Assembly: GCA_028534125.1 (NCBI GenBank)
Contig: CM052827.1
Coordinates: forward strand, 47,802,001-47,866,000
DNA from: Lama glama
Taxonomy: Eukaryota
Direction: 5' to 3'
Length of the DNA stretch: 64,000 nt
Below are positions 13,401 to 27,075 of the stretch, piece by piece (the stretch's first letter is position 1; each line of letters starts with the position of its first letter). The translations under genes and the position numbers were made by a program. The notes beneath the pieces were generated by a model. It was given only the letters and a program-made list of their open reading frames with translations, was not told the DNA's origin and searched no databases.

Positions 13401-16400
13401 GTTACATATTCTATTTTGTCTTAAAGTCCCTTATGCGCGATGCATCCAAAACTGAGTCCGTGATTCACCTCACAGACTTGGTGCCCTCTCCTGGGGGAAG
13501 GACACCATTCTCCATTAATCATCCTAGATGTTTCCCTCCCTCCTTACCCACCATATCCAATCATTATCGAGCTCTTGGCTCTGGCCACATCGCCAGTCTC
13601 CCTTGCTACCACCCTACTCCAAACTGTTATCATCTCTCACCTGACTTCCTTCTCAGGTTCCCCAGGGACGTAACACAGCTGCCAGCATCCCTGGACCTAC
13701 ATCTTTTTCAGGTTTAAATGGGAGGGGGAAGGTCATATGCCTCCCTCTCAAGAGTTCTAGCAAAATCTCACTGAGTCTCATTGACTCTAATTAGGCCATC
13801 CCTGAACTAATTACCATGGCGGGGGACGGGTGGGGAATATGATGTTCAGGTTGTCCATGCATGAGTCATGTCCCTGCTCTGGAGGTGCGGATGAAGGGGT
13901 GAGTGTGGGAGAGGGGGTGTTTCTCAGTGGGAAAAAGGTATTGTTGCCAGGAGAGAGGCAGGTTAGTTCTAAATGACAATAACAACAGACAGGAACCACA
14001 GCAAGGAAGGCAGTAAAACAAGTAGCAGAGAGAACAAGCAAGTTAATGGAAAATGAAAAAAATGGGGGATTCCACCTGGGGCCTCTGGTAGGTGTAAAAC
14101 AGGGCCATTTCAGAAGCAGAGAGACCTAAAACACAGAGGCCCATGTGAAACATGAGAATTGGGTGACTATGTTAAAAGCTATTTTAAAGGGAAGAGGTTT
14201 GGATCTATGCATATCTTTAAACTTAATGAAGAAGGATGCCCTAGGAGTCTAAGATTGAAACCACCCAATTCCCATTAGCACTACAATGTTTCATATTTGC
14301 ATCTTGAGAAGGGTACTCATTTCAATTAAGGGTAATTTCTTAGTTGGGAGGAAAAGGGCTGTGATCATTAAACTTTATGGCCTCTGGGTTTATTCCCTGG
14401 GATCCGTCTGTAGGATGCTGACATCTTACCTCTTACCTGTTCGAAAGCCTCCAAGAAGGCTACTCAAGGACACGCAGTGAATCGGCACTCCTCAGGGCCA
14501 GATGCCATTCAGTTATATGAGAGAAGAGTCTGGCTCATGGAACCAAGTAATTACATGGAAATTTATTCTCGACTAGCCCAGATGGGATTTTGTTTTACTG
14601 TTTTTCAATTTTGGGGGTGGGGGAGGGGAAAGCACAAGAAAACAAACCCAAAAGGAAGCTGTATGTGAAAGCCTCCATATTACAGTCTGGAAGTGATCAA
14701 TTTAAAGATGCAGAAGTCAGCAGGTTTGGTATTCAGGATTTTCATGGTCACATTTAACTTGTCTTCATGGTACACCAGTGTATTCTAGGTTATTGTCCTC
14801 GTACGGAATCACTGCTAAAAATGTATTCTTTTTGGTTCGTTTGGCTGTGAGCCTTGAATATTGGAACAGTTAATGTTGGATATGAATTTTAATGAGGACC
14901 TCTTCACTTTAGTCCACGGGTAAAATACGATGCAGGGAAGTGGGGTGGTGGGGGATTCGTCCTGAAATGCTGGAGAGTTTTCAGTTACTTAGTGCATTAC
15001 ATTTTAATCACCTCCCAGATGTGGGTTAAGACCTCTGAGGATAATGGGATAATGGGAAAGACACCAGCCAGCCTATTTGTGTTCAGTTCTGCTTTGCTTG
15101 ATCTGATCTGAGAGGAGATGGAGAGATGGTGGAGAGTGAGCAGAAAGGGACAGATAGTTCAGAGAGAAAGCAGAATTGGTTTAGTCTTAGGGAATATGGG
15201 CCTGAGGGGTGGCCAGTGCTCCATCATTCACAACCATGGCAGTGCCTCTAGCCTGTTACATCCGGGCAGTTGGCTGTGACATAACGCTCGCCAGAGTGTG
15301 GAGAGGCCAAGATGCTCAGCTGCATAGACAGAGGCCAACACCTGACAGCCATCCCCATTAACCCCCAAATGCTCTAAGAGTCCTTCCTCCTTCCTTCACT
15401 CCTTCTTCCCTCATTGGAGAGAGGAGAAAAACAGATTTTTATTCCTATCTGCACTTGGTAACGTATATTATTTCCTCCATTTCTCAAAACCTGCTTACAA
15501 GGTAGATCATCAAGATTCCATTTACATGGACAAAGCTAACTTGCTAAGGTCCCATACTCAGTAAGACAGTTGGGATTGGAATGGGGTGTGTCTGACCCTA
15601 CAGTCCATGCTTACCCATTAAGTAAACTTTAAATCAGGACTCTTAGAGCATTCTGGACCTGGTGGGTACAGAGGGGATAAAGGCAAAGGAAGAAGAGGCC
15701 ACACCGGAAAGGGAGAAATGCCTTCCTCTGAGAGCAGCTCTGACCCCTTTGCATCAGTGTGGCCTGGCCTCCTGCTCGCCCGAATGCTTCTGCGGCAAGA
15801 GGCCTGTAGGCAGCCAAGTGTGGAAATGTACCATGAAGGCAGCCTGCCTCCTTAGGCTTATTTACCGCTGGGCTGGCTCTTCCAACCTTGGGAAGCAGCT
15901 GACCAGCTGTTAGATCACAAGAGAATAAAGACTTCTCAGTTATCTCTGTCTGCATCTCGGCAAAATGGACGCCATAGTCTTCTCTCTCTGGGTGGACTTT
16001 GAAAAATGGCTATTACCTGTAGAGAGTACTTTAAGTGCATGCGAGCATGTCTTCAAAGCAAACGCAAGCAACGTGACCTTCTCTTGGACAGGCTTGCTCT
16101 CCCCCTTCAAACACTGGTTCGGATGGGGGCTCCCGCCCCCTGAAGCTCAGCAGGCCACCAAGTCTCATTTCCAGTGAGTGTCATTTAAAAGCCAAAGCAA
16201 GCTGACTACAAACTTTTTACCATGTGCCTCTCATCTGCTCAGCAGAAATCCCTGTAACTTGTTAATAGTTCCCTTCTTATTTTTTTTTTTCTAGTGAAAC
16301 CAATTGAGGCCTTAAATCAGTACCATTCGTTCCATCTTGGCCCATCCGAGAAAACCATTTAGAGTTGTAAAAAGTCATCTGCTCCATCGTGCACTTCCTG

Positions 16401-16939
16401 CTGCAGGGCTCGGGCCAGTGCCTGATGGAGCATACCTGTAACAGGATGGAACAGTGTGCTGAACAGGGGGCCTCCTTGAAGGCCACATAAACACCAGACC
16501 TGGGAGAGCAAGGATGGACTTTCAAAGAGAGGGGACCAGATACCCATCCCATAAAACACAAATCTCTTTACAGCTGGAGTCAAGTTTCTCCATTTGTGCC
16601 ATGGCACGTATTACACTGACACATGGCATTTAGGGTAGAAGAGGGCAAAAATGTGGAGGACGCCTCAAAGAGGAACCACATGCTTGCTGAAAATGAATCC
16701 CTGAGCTGGGCCACTCAGTGAGACAGAAACAAGAGGTGTATTCTCCCTCAGCCTTCCCTTCAAGAACTTCTTTATTAAACTACCTGAGAACACATTTGAA
16801 GTAGGGTGGGTTGAACTGGCCCTTTGTCTCTTGGTGCATCAGCAACCAACCCAGTTCTGATATCTGCACGTTCTAAGAGTGACCCTCTCAAATACAAATT
16901 CAGGGATTTTAGGAGATGAAGGAGGTCCTCTAACTAAAT

Positions 16940-17312
16940 AGTGGCCCCTGGACCAGTATCACCTGAGAACTTGTTGAAAATGCAAATTCTCAGGCCCTGC
17001 CCCAAACCTACAGAATTAGAAACTCTGGTGTGGAATCAGCGATCTATGCTTTAACAAGCCCTGCAGGTGATTCTCATGCACTTTGAAGTTTAAGAATCAC
17101 TACTCTGGGTACCTCAGAATAAGGAATTTGGATTGTATGTTTGGTTTTCAATCCTGGTTTGCACACTAGAACCATTTGGAGAGTTTTGAAAACAATACGG
17201 ATATGGAACTTCCGTGTCGCTCAGAAATTCTCATGTCATTGGTCTGAGGTGGGATCCTGCAATTTCAGTAGTTTTTAAAGCTCAAAGCCTCTCCTAGCTT
17301 TAGAATCACTGA
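16940..17312. mobile_element. Two adjacent MER5-type hAT-Charlie MITEs (about 16940-17103 and 17143-17312)
   Basis: aaatgcaaattctcaggccc...tttaacaagccctgcaggtgattctcatgcac...aagtttaagaatcact is diagnostic of MER5A. Confidence 0.75.
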
Positions 17313-18275
17313 CCTAACTCAATTTCTCATCTTCCTGATAAAGAAACTGAAACCCAGAGAGGGGATGTGATGTGCCCTAGGTCACAGGGAAGGTTAATGT
17401 GGCAAAGCTGTGAGTGGAATGCAGTTCTCTTGCCTTGATGACCTGTTTGGCTACTTGTCCTCATGAATATCCCAAATGCAAAGACTGTACTTACTATCTG
17501 TGTTTCAGTCTCTGAGCCAGGGCAGGTTATTATAATTAGGGAGATTAGCAGAGCCTCTGGATCTCAGTGAGTCAGTTTCAAGTTAGCCTTGCTTTGTGCT
17601 GACCCAGCTCTTTCAATTGTGCTCATGTCTTTCATATGATACACTTCAACCCCATATCCCAGTTGCTACTACCTGGGCCTCTCTGCTCAGCCCTCCCAGG
17701 CCTCAACCTTGACATGGCATCCTGCTCCAGGGCCCCATTTCCTCTGAGATTAAGGTCCTGAAATTTGGCATGCTGTATTTTTGGATGGAAGATTTAATAT
17801 GGCGAAGCAAGCAACCATCTCAAGTTAAAATCCATCTTTAATGCATTTCCACTGAGAATGGGAAAAGCTGAGTGAGTGGGTTTTAATGCTGAATACCAGA
17901 GGTCTTACTGGAAAGTGAATTTGATGGCAAGAAATGGCAAAGTGACTATTGGAAGATTTATTTTATTTTTTTGAAAAATAAGACTTACTAAAGCTCTTCC
18001 ACAGAGAAGCAAAAGAATTTAGTTTTCTTTTTTGGTCACCCTCTTTGTCCTCTTTTTCGGAGTGAGTGAGTATGTGTGTGTGTGTGCACGCCTATGTATG
18101 CGTGCACAGGTGGAATCTCTTAGCCTAAGTCTGCTGAGTTAAGGGAAAGCATTGGTTTTGTAAAAATCAGCTTATCTTGGATATTGGAAGGTACCTCGTT
18201 CACGGCTTGCATCTGGCCAAGATGACTCATCTGAAAAGGCCTCTGCGTCAGTGGTATTTATGTTTTCTCTTGCAG

Positions 18276-19060
18276 GGGGCAGCACAGGCACTTCCCCAAC
18301 CACCTCCAGCACTGGGACACCATCGCCTTCAGCTTCTTCTCACCTTTTATCTCCATCCTGTTCTCCTCCAACATTTCACCTGGCCCCCAACACTTTCAAC
18401 GTGGGCTGTCGAGAGAGCCAGCTGTGCAATCTAAACCTCTCCGATTACCCACCATGTGCCCGGAGCAACATGGCTGCCTTGCAGAGCTACCCGGGGCTGA
18501 GTGACAGTGGCTACAACAGGCTCCAGAGTGGCACTGCTTCGGCCACTCAGCCCTCCGAAACCTTNNNNNNNNNNNNNNNNNNNNNNNNNNNNNNNNNNNN
18601 NNNNNNNNNNNNNNNNNNNNNNNNNNNNNNNNNNNNNNNNNNNNNNNNNNNNNNNNNNNNNNNNNNNNNNNNNNNNNNNNNNNNNNNNNNNNNNNNNNNN
18701 NNNNNNNNNNNNTCCAGCTCGTCCTCACCACACATGTTTGGGGGCAGCCACATGCAGCAGAGCTCCTACAATGCCTTCTCTCTCCACANNNNNNNNNNNN
18801 NNNNNNNNNNNNNNNNNNNNNNNNNNNNNNNNNNNNNNNNNNNNNNNNNNNNNNNNNNNNNNNNNNNNNNNNNNNNNNNNNNNNNNNNNNNNNNNNNNNN
18901 NNNNNNNNNNNNNNNNNNNNACCTGCCCACGGGGATGGAGCACAGCATGCACATGATTAGCCCTTCGCCCGGTAATCAGCAGGCGACTAACACCTGTGAC
19001 GGCCGGCAGTACGCGGCGGTCCCCGGCTCCTCCTCTCAGATGTCCGTTCACATGGTTTAG
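18276..19060 (+). CDS. TBX15: TBX15 terminal coding exon (Ser/Pro-rich C-terminal region ending ...GSSSQMSVHMV*)
   Basis: tgttttctcttgcAG acceptor (18274-18275). Open frame GGSTGTSPTTSSTGTPSPS...CRESQLCNLNLSDYPPCARSN... continues across two N-runs to TAG at 19058-19060. Recognised as the TBX15 C-terminus. Confidence 0.96.
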
Positions 19061-20764
19061 TGGCCAGTCCAGGCAGCACGGAGCCAACCGCAGCCAAGGC
19101 CCCAGAGTCTCCATGGGCAGATCCTCCTCTTTGGGAGCCTTTGAAAAACAGGAACTGTGTATTATTATTAATATATATATATATAATTTTTTTTTCTGGA
19201 GGAGGAAAGCACACCCCAAGAACAAGAGACATTTAAGCCACTGAAGGCTACTTGCGGTGGAATCGTCTCCAACTCAGTGGCCATTCCCTGCCTTCCCAAA
19301 TGTTAGTTTTATAAGGCATCGCCTACTCCAGAGTGGCCTTTGAAGAAACTGAATACTCATTTTATAATAATGTTAAGGGAGATGCTAGCATGTAGCAGTC
19401 ACGAGAATTTACCCACAAATACAGACCTACCTATACCTACATGCATACACACGTACATCTATATCCATACACAAACTCATCCACACACAAACACACGTGC
19501 ACACTGACACAGAACTGGGTGAACTCTGCAGAGGGAAGCCCGGAATGGGTGCTTTCACCAAGCATTTGTCTGTGTACAACACTCGATGAACTGGGCCAGC
19601 AGTAGCTGCCAGCCTTTCTCCCCTGCAGCTTCCACTGTTCCTGGAATGAACCCCTGGAACCCCTTCCCATCAGTGAGGGTGGAAAGACATCAGTACTACG
19701 CCTGGACTTGGCTTCCTGAAGAAGATTGCTTTTGAACTTTGGCTCTCTTCATTTGGTGCGCTGTCATCCCAGTGGTGCCCGTGAAAAGAGGGATTAAGTG
19801 CAGCTGCGTGAGAGCGAGAGAGAGAGAAAGAGAGAGAATGAGAAGGAGAAGGAATAGAGAGCAAGAGAGAGGTGGAGAGCAAGGCTGAACGAGGAAGTGT
19901 GAGCAGTGATGAGAGTTTGAATTCACCAAGGATGTGTTTTGGGGGTTTTTCCCCTCCTCCCCTGCCCCCCGTACAGGTTATGGAAAGAGTCTTGGAGTTT
20001 TGGGGTGTCAACCTCTCTGGGACACTGTGCACGGTCAGGGCACTGGTGAGTAGGACCGGGGCGAGGAAGGCATCTCCATCCCACAGTGCTGACCATCGTG
20101 ACCCAGGAGAGAGGAGCACCACGCGGGAAGTGCCAACGCCAGAGCCAGCAGTCTGGCAGGGGAAGGACATAGAAGGAGTATGAGGAAGGAAGACTTCTGT
20201 AATCCCGACTGAGGATCCCAGGAACAGAGGTGACACACGGAGCCCTGGCCTTCCTGATGCCAGCTCCTGACGCCTGACCTGGGTCTTGGGCCGCATTGCC
20301 GCTGTGGCAGGAGGAATTGCCCCTGTTCCAGGGAATTGCAGACGGGCCTTCTACAGCCTTCCAGCTGCCCTTAGGGCTCCATTTTTATCAAATAGTTCAT
20401 TGCATTTTGACGTTTTGGGTTTTTTTCCTTCATTTTCCCTTCCCCTTCAAATCCTTTAATGATAAGAAAACAAGTGAAGTTTGGTGCAAGCGAAAGTTTT
20501 TCAGTGGTGTGGAAATGCAAATACCCAGTAAAATAATACAGATATTATGAAGATTTTTGGTTTTGAGGTGTTGTAGATAAATGTATTTATGTGCCTAGTG
20601 GGGAATCCAATATTATGAATATTAAAAAAAGGNNNNNNNNNNNNNNNNNNNNNNNNNNNNNNNNNNNNNNNNNNNNNNNNNNNNNNNNNNNNNNNNNNNN
20701 NNNNNNNNNNNNNNNNNNNNNNNNNNNNNNNNNNNNNNNNNNNNNNNNNNNNNNNNNNNNNNNN
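19061..20764 (+). other. TBX15: TBX15 3' UTR (3' end approximate; poly(A) signal probably inside N-run 20633-20764)
   Basis: Follows the stop codon, lacks interspersed repeats, has AU-rich and (GA)n tracts. No AATAAA was seen between the stop and the N-run. Confidence 0.6.
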
Positions 20765-22603
20765 GTATCTGTTCATGTGGAATATGCAGATAGCAGCCTG
20801 TGCATTTGCTTCGTGCTTTACAATGAGCACAGCACTCTCATCTGTACTACATAATAGGATCTTTATTCAGACCGCATGAAGTCTATACTATCATCCTCAT
20901 TTTATGATGAGTAACTACGCTGCAGAGAGACTGGATATCTGGGATCACACCACCTGTCAGAGAGGGAATGAGGACTTGAAACCAGGGCTGACTCCAGTGG
21001 GAGTCAGCTGCAGAAAACTGAGTCCAGTAGCAATCCAAGTGCCAGGTGTTATACTGTGTGTTGTAGATGAGTATCTTATCGAATCCTCCCACAATACTGT
21101 GACAGGTGTCATTTTTATTATCATTTGAAAACATAAACTGGATAAAGAATTGTCAAGAATATACTCTACCCAATTATCTTTCATGAAATAGTGAAAATGT
21201 ATTTTAATTGGTGCAATGACTGCATACAAAGGGCTATAAAAAGAGTATTCTTCTGTGAGTTAAGATGCTCCACCCTTGCTCATGCTTTTGAGGAAAGCCT
21301 ATCTTATTCCTCTTTGATCCTCAACACCCTAATAAGAATCTCAATGCATTTTCATTCTTATTGTTGAATTTGTTGGTCAAACTCATTTTTCAAGGATACT
21401 GCAAAATGGTTACTTGGGTGAATTTGCTTCAAATTAATGGGACACAAATTACCAAAGATTTATTGTTCTTCACATCATGTTCTGTGACAGACTAATGCAA
21501 ATTTACTTTAGATACTAGCTTGGCAGCATCCATTAAACATAATAGAGGGTTTTAAAAATACACGTCATAGCCTTGTCCTTGAAAAGGTTCACTTTTCAGG
21601 CAGTCATGCACATGTGAAGCAAATAGATAGAAGAGGCTCTGAAAATTCAGAGAAGATGCTCAGTATAAGAAGGTGAAGTCAGGATGGCTTTCACTGGGGA
21701 GGTAGAACTTAAACGAGATTTGAAGGATGTTCAAAATTTTTATAGAAGTAAGGAATGATGGGTTAAGAATGAAATAACATTTAAAAAGTCAATACAGTAT
21801 ATAAGTTTTGGAGGAAAATTAGTAACATCTCAATTCAAACCTAGCAATTTAATAAAACCAGAGATATAGAGAAGCTTCCTGCAGTTTATAGACTAATATC
21901 CTCTTCTATGAAATATTTTATCATTAGTGCGAGTGTTGAGGGCTGAGATGGAAGCACAGAGCTGCTTGGCTGATGACAAATATTTGACTTATTGCTTAGT
22001 TCTTAGGATTTCAGACAGACTCTGCTGTACCAATTTATATTCAATAAACCAAAGGAGAGTTGTCCTCCCAAGGAAACCCAGCCACAAAGATACATTTTCA
22101 CAAGGCTTTTCTGCTTATGATTGTCAACTGGAGTTCTGATTTCCAAAAAGGGCCATGCCTGGGACCAGCTTCATTCATTAAGTCCAGTAAATATGTATGT
22201 TTTAATATTTTTATTGAAACATAAATACATATTTAATGCCTATTCTACATCAAGCACTGTCTCCACTCGATGTGAGGACATAGACATGAACAATTAAACT
22301 TGACCCTGCTTTCCAGGAGCTCGTGGTCAGATGTGAGAGTGATGTGGAACATACTACCAAACAAATGAATACTATGATTTCAGATTGCAAAAAATCATTT
22401 TGAGGAAATGAAAAATAACAAGATGATAGAAAGAGTGATTGGGGAATGAGGATAAAGGCTCATTTAGACCGTGCTTTCTAAGAAGGCTACTCTAAGCAGA
22501 TGACATTCGAATAAGTACAAATGTAGACATTTATCTTAGAACTTGCTTCCTCCGTTTTATGCCAAGGGCATCCGTATCCTCACTGGAAGATGTGCTCTAC
22601 TAG

Positions 22604-23176
22604 TGTTAGGTATGTAGATAAGTGGGGGCACCAGGCGGATAGGTGGAGGAGAGGGAGGATGGTCCACAAGGTGGTATTATGCCTGTCTCCAGCATAAAGG
22701 GACTTTACTTCTTCTAAATGAGTGCCAGCAAAAAAACCCCAAAAAACAAAAACCAGCTGGTTATAACCCGACAGCCACGACTGTGCGGTAGCAGAAAGGA
22801 CTTAACCAGACATGTCCAATGTTCATTGCATTATAATTAACATTGCGATTAGCCTCCCCTACCTCCACGGGTTTTTCTGTTTACACCAAGGGTAAGGACA
22901 TGCGCAGAGGGCCCAAACATGACTAAGCATTCCAGGGGCAAGAGCCGTCAGTCAATCAAAACACCACCTCTAAGCAAGGATATAAGAGAAAGAGGAGACA
23001 AAAACTGCCACTTTTTCCTACCTTGGATCAGCCCGCTTCCCAGTCTTGGGGGTGTACTTTTCCTTTCCTTTCAAATAAATCTTTGAAGTCTTTCGCTACA
23101 CAACACACTGTGTTCCAACTGCAAACTTGTCTTTTGGGTATGATAAGAACTGCGGCCTCTACCTTTTAGGGTAATA
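22604..23176 (+). mobile_element. Solo LTR (ERV1-like, 573 bp)
   Basis: TGTTA...TAATA termini, 4-bp TSD ctag (22600-22603 / 23177-23180), TATA-like gatataag near 22979 and AATAAA near 23075. Confidence 0.8.
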
Positions 23177-24109
23177 CTAGCTTCACATCAGTTTGTCTTC
23201 CCAAGGGCTTTGTAGCACTGATATTTACTTACTGAAATACCAGCAAGTAAATGCCGCTGGCCTTCTGGGACTGGGACCATTTAGACACTCTTTGAATCTG
23301 AATGTATCTTTTACATGGTCCCAATAAAGTCCTATTTTCATGACTTCCTTGGCAGAGGATGAGAGTCATCCCTTCCATCTGACTTTATTAAAAAGTTAAA
23401 ATGAATGCTCAAACAACCAATTAATCAGATTAATAATGAACAATAGTAATGAGAAAAATACTAAATATGCCTTTGCATTCTACAATTTTCTCAGAACTAT
23501 TCTATGTTACACAGAAACACCAAAAATTTCTACCTTCAAGAAGACTTCAGCCTGGCTGAGGAGTCAAGATATATGCATATGCAACAGTGAGCGATAAAAG
23601 CATTAAATTGGTGGTAAAGACAATAAAGGGCAGAATTTTAGAATGAAGCAAATTTTTACTGAGTGTTTATTACATGTTACACATTATGCAAGGCTATCCT
23701 ATAATCCTTGCAACCACCCTATAGGATTTGTATTTCAATCTCTATTTATAGATGAGGAAACTGAAATTCAAGGAGGTTTAGTAATGCTCACAAAAATCAA
23801 GAGCTTGCATGCAGCAAAGACAGGGCTCCAACCTAGGCTTTGCCACTACTGTGTTTTTCCAAAAATGAGATTTATTGGGTCAATAATAAAGAGAAGTGCT
23901 CATGGAGAATTCATAGAAACTGCAGAGAAGGGAGGGTGTCCCGCCGATGTGAGGGTGGGAAGCAACACAGTCGAGACAAGTATTCCCCGTATGAGACAAT
24001 GTGTGATGGTGGTGGGATTGGAGGTGAGGATGTTCACACTCCTAGAGCAAATCTTGAAAATCTCAAGTACATTCTCCCTGCTGTTCCTTGTCCCATGACT
24101 CTGGAGTTC

Positions 24110-24332
24110 CTTTTCTTTCTTTTCTTTTTTTCAAAATTGAAGTAGTTGGTTTGCAATATTGTGTTGATTTCTGGTGTACAGCATAGTGATTCAGTTGTAC
24201 ATATATGTATTTCTTTTCAGAGTTTTTTTTATTATAGGCTATTACAAGGTATTAAATATAGTTCCTTGTGCTACACAGTAGGACCTTGTTGTTCCTCTAT
24301 TTTATATATAGTGGTTTGTATCTGCTAATCCC
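24110..24332 (-). mobile_element. Short L1 3' terminal fragment
   Basis: tttctggtgtacagcatagtgattcag...tagttccttgtgctacacagtaggacc, the same 3' UTR as at 49500-49680. Confidence 0.85.
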
Positions 24333-24372
24333 TGATGGACGCCCTTTTCTTAAGTAAGATGTCCTAGCTCTG

Positions 24373-24850
24373 TGTATGGTCAGGCCACCCAAAGTGGCTG
24401 TTCTCTTGCTCTCTGCACACCCCAGCTCGACCTGTGCCTGCTTCACTGACACCCCACTCACAAGACCGACTTTATTACATACTTGCCCCAGGCCCCAGCT
24501 GCTAGCAATTGTTTTAACTTTCCATTCGAACTCTACACAAAGGGGCGGTTAGGGGCGTGCCCCTCTGCTGGTTTCCCTGGTAACTGATGAGCCCACTTGA
24601 TGTCAATTTCCCGCGTAACCTCCCCCTCCCACCCGGAAGTGAAGGCGGCCGCCATTTTCTGCCGTCGCGGCCGTGTTCTACCCGCCGTCCGCTGCACATG
24701 TTGGGGAGTTGCTCCAGAGCCCTGCTTCAGAAATGTAAGCTCCCCCATCCATTTAAGCATTGTTGTCTCTGGGCTGTTTCTTCGGTCTTGAATTCGGTGT
24801 TGAAGCTGGGCAAGTACAGGGCTTGTAGGCCTGCGGGGTGAAGCCCAACA
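24373..24850 (+). mobile_element. Solo LTR with CpG-rich core
   Basis: TGT...AACA termini, imperfect TSD ctctg/cgctg, LTR-like composition. Confidence 0.65.
24542..24660. promoter_or_regulatory. GC-box + ETS + YY1 motif cluster inside the LTR
   Basis: GGGGCGG 24542-24548, GGGGCGTG 24552-24559, CCGGAAGTG 24633-24641, CCGCCATTTT 24649-24658. Activity is unknown. Confidence 0.45.
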
Positions 24851-25154
24851 CGCTGTCCCTTGGGCAATTTGGGATTCCCTCCAGTGTCTCAGTGGGAGCC
24901 TTCACCCTGGGAAGGACCAGTGGGGACTAGGAGGTGATGGAGGAGTCAGGCGATATCCCCCCAACACTCCCACCCCACCCCTCTCCCCCAGCCAGGGCGC
25001 CGGGGTAGGTTCAGCTGCCGGGATCCTTATATCTGTGCTCCGCAGAGCCCTTTGCTTTCCCCACCCTGTGCCGGGTGGGATGGTGAAAGGTGAAACTTGC
25101 TGCTTAAAGCTGAGAAAACATTCATCATGTTTTCCTTCTTAGCTCATTTTACTG

Positions 25155-25632
25155 TGAAGGGGAGCAGAATATGCCACCCCAAATATGCCACTTTGGCATG
25201 GGGATGATTTGCAGCTGAAGGTGATTGAGACTCAGCAGATTTTGGAAAAACTTTTACCTTTCCTTCAGTTACCTAAATGACTCTAGATAGGGGGCCTGTA
25301 GTAGAAAAAATATATTACCAGAGACGCTTTTGTTTGTTTGTTTTAATCTGAAAGACTTCTCTGCATGGCAGGGCAAACTTCTACCTACCAAACGTCAGCT
25401 GTTCTTACTTTCGGTGAATTATCCGTGTCCCCTTGGAAACCCCAGGCTCCTAGTACAGGCTTCCTCCTAGCTCAGGAAGGCATATAAGCCTTGCTCGTTA
25501 GTCTCATATTTTGGGGGGCTTCTGCATATATGGAGTTAAATTTGTTTCTCTTCTGTTAATCTGTCTTATGTCAATTTAATTATTGAATCAAAGAACCTCA
25601 GAGGTAAGAAGAGAAAATTTTCTGCCCCTATA
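25155..25632 (+). mobile_element. Solo LTR, MER34-like (ERV1)
   Basis: Starts TGAAGGGGAGCAGAATATGCCACCCCAAATATGCCACTTTGGCAT (MER34-type 5' end) and ends cccctata. Perfect 4-bp TSD actg (25151-25154 / 25633-25636). Confidence 0.82.
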
Positions 25633-26951
25633 ACTGCTCATGGCATTTATCTTTTATGGGTCAACCTAACAGCATTTCCTGCTTCAGATGCTCCCTACTC
25701 ATACTTTTTACTTTTATGAAACTTTCTTGCAGGCCCTGTAGAGTCACAGAAAACCAAAGAGATTTTTGAATCCTTGTTAGTACTTTTACTCAATGAAGCT
25801 GAAACAGACAAAAGGGGCTGCTAAAGGATGGCCAAGTCCACCTCCTGCAGATCTCATTCTAGGAGAAGTTCCTGGACTCCATGAAGAGGAATCTTGGCGT
25901 TCTCTGCTTCTTGGCACACTGCACATGCTGCTTCTACCCATGGGCAGGTAAAGTCCCTCCTAAGCTGTCTCTGGGTTATGTAACAGATAAACCCCCAAAT
26001 ATTAACACATTGATGTTAATTCCTCACTCAACTCACAATCTGACATGGGCTTCCTGGTTATGTGGCTCTTGAAGCAGTGATTCTGAGAACCAGGCTCCTT
26101 CCAGACTCTGCTGTCTTCAACTTATAGCTTGGTACCTCTCCATCCAGGTAGCAGATGAAGGAATAATGGAGACTGGAACTTGGGAGATATTTATAAGCCA
26201 GGCTTGGAGTTGGTTATATGACTTCCTCCCCACTTTTTGGTTAGAACTATAATGGCCACACCTAACTGCAGGAGAAGCTGGAAAATATACTCTAGTTGAG
26301 TATCTAGGAAGAAAAAGGAAACAGATTTGCTAGGTATGAACTAGGGAGTCTCTGCAGGTCCCCGAGCTGATCTAGACTTGTTTTCTGAGACCTGCTTTTC
26401 CTATAAACCTAGCAGTTAAGGGTGAGGCTAACTTCTGGTCCCAGCTTCCTGAATGTTTAGAAAAACAACCCAAAGCAGTTAACTTTACCCCACTAACGGT
26501 CAGCTCTTCAGTAAGATATATCTTTCAGTAGGAGTTCCTTCCCATTCTCCTAAAACATCTTGAGAATTTGTAAAATGCAGAGTGAGCTTTTCTCAAGTGG
26601 TAATAACTCTAAAACAAGGACAATTTTATCAAGTGCTTATTACATGCCAGCCAAGTGCTTTACATATATCATCTTACTTAATTCTCAACAACAGTCTTTT
26701 GAGATGGATACTATTATTATGCCCATATAATAGCCAAGAGAAAAATTACAGAGAGGCTAAAAATCTTGCCCAAGCTCACACTCAAGCAGTCTCATTCAGA
26801 GCCTACACTTTTAATTAATATAAGCTATTAATTAAAGCAGGTTTTTTGTTTGTTTTTTTTTCATATTTACTTGGGCAAAATGCTAAGAATGCTCTACATA
26901 AGTCATCTTCTGTGCCCCACAAGGCTTATTGTATAGAAGGAATAGCCTCTT

Positions 26952-27043
26952 TTTTTTCTTTTTAATTTTAATTTTTTAAAATTGAAGTATAGTTGATTTA
27001 CAATGTTGTGTAAGTTTCTGGTGTACAGCAAAGTGATTCTGTT

Positions 27044-27075
<32 letters not shown>

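Larger units (their letters stand above)
9114..18275 (+). other. TBX15: TBX15 last intron (GT-AG, 9162 nt)
   Basis: Canonical GT and AG ends between two phase-compatible exons. Confidence 0.9.

Noticed and set aside
19670-20296. 208-aa ORF antisense to the TBX15 3' UTR
   Set aside because: Kept open by (GA)n low complexity; no protein features.
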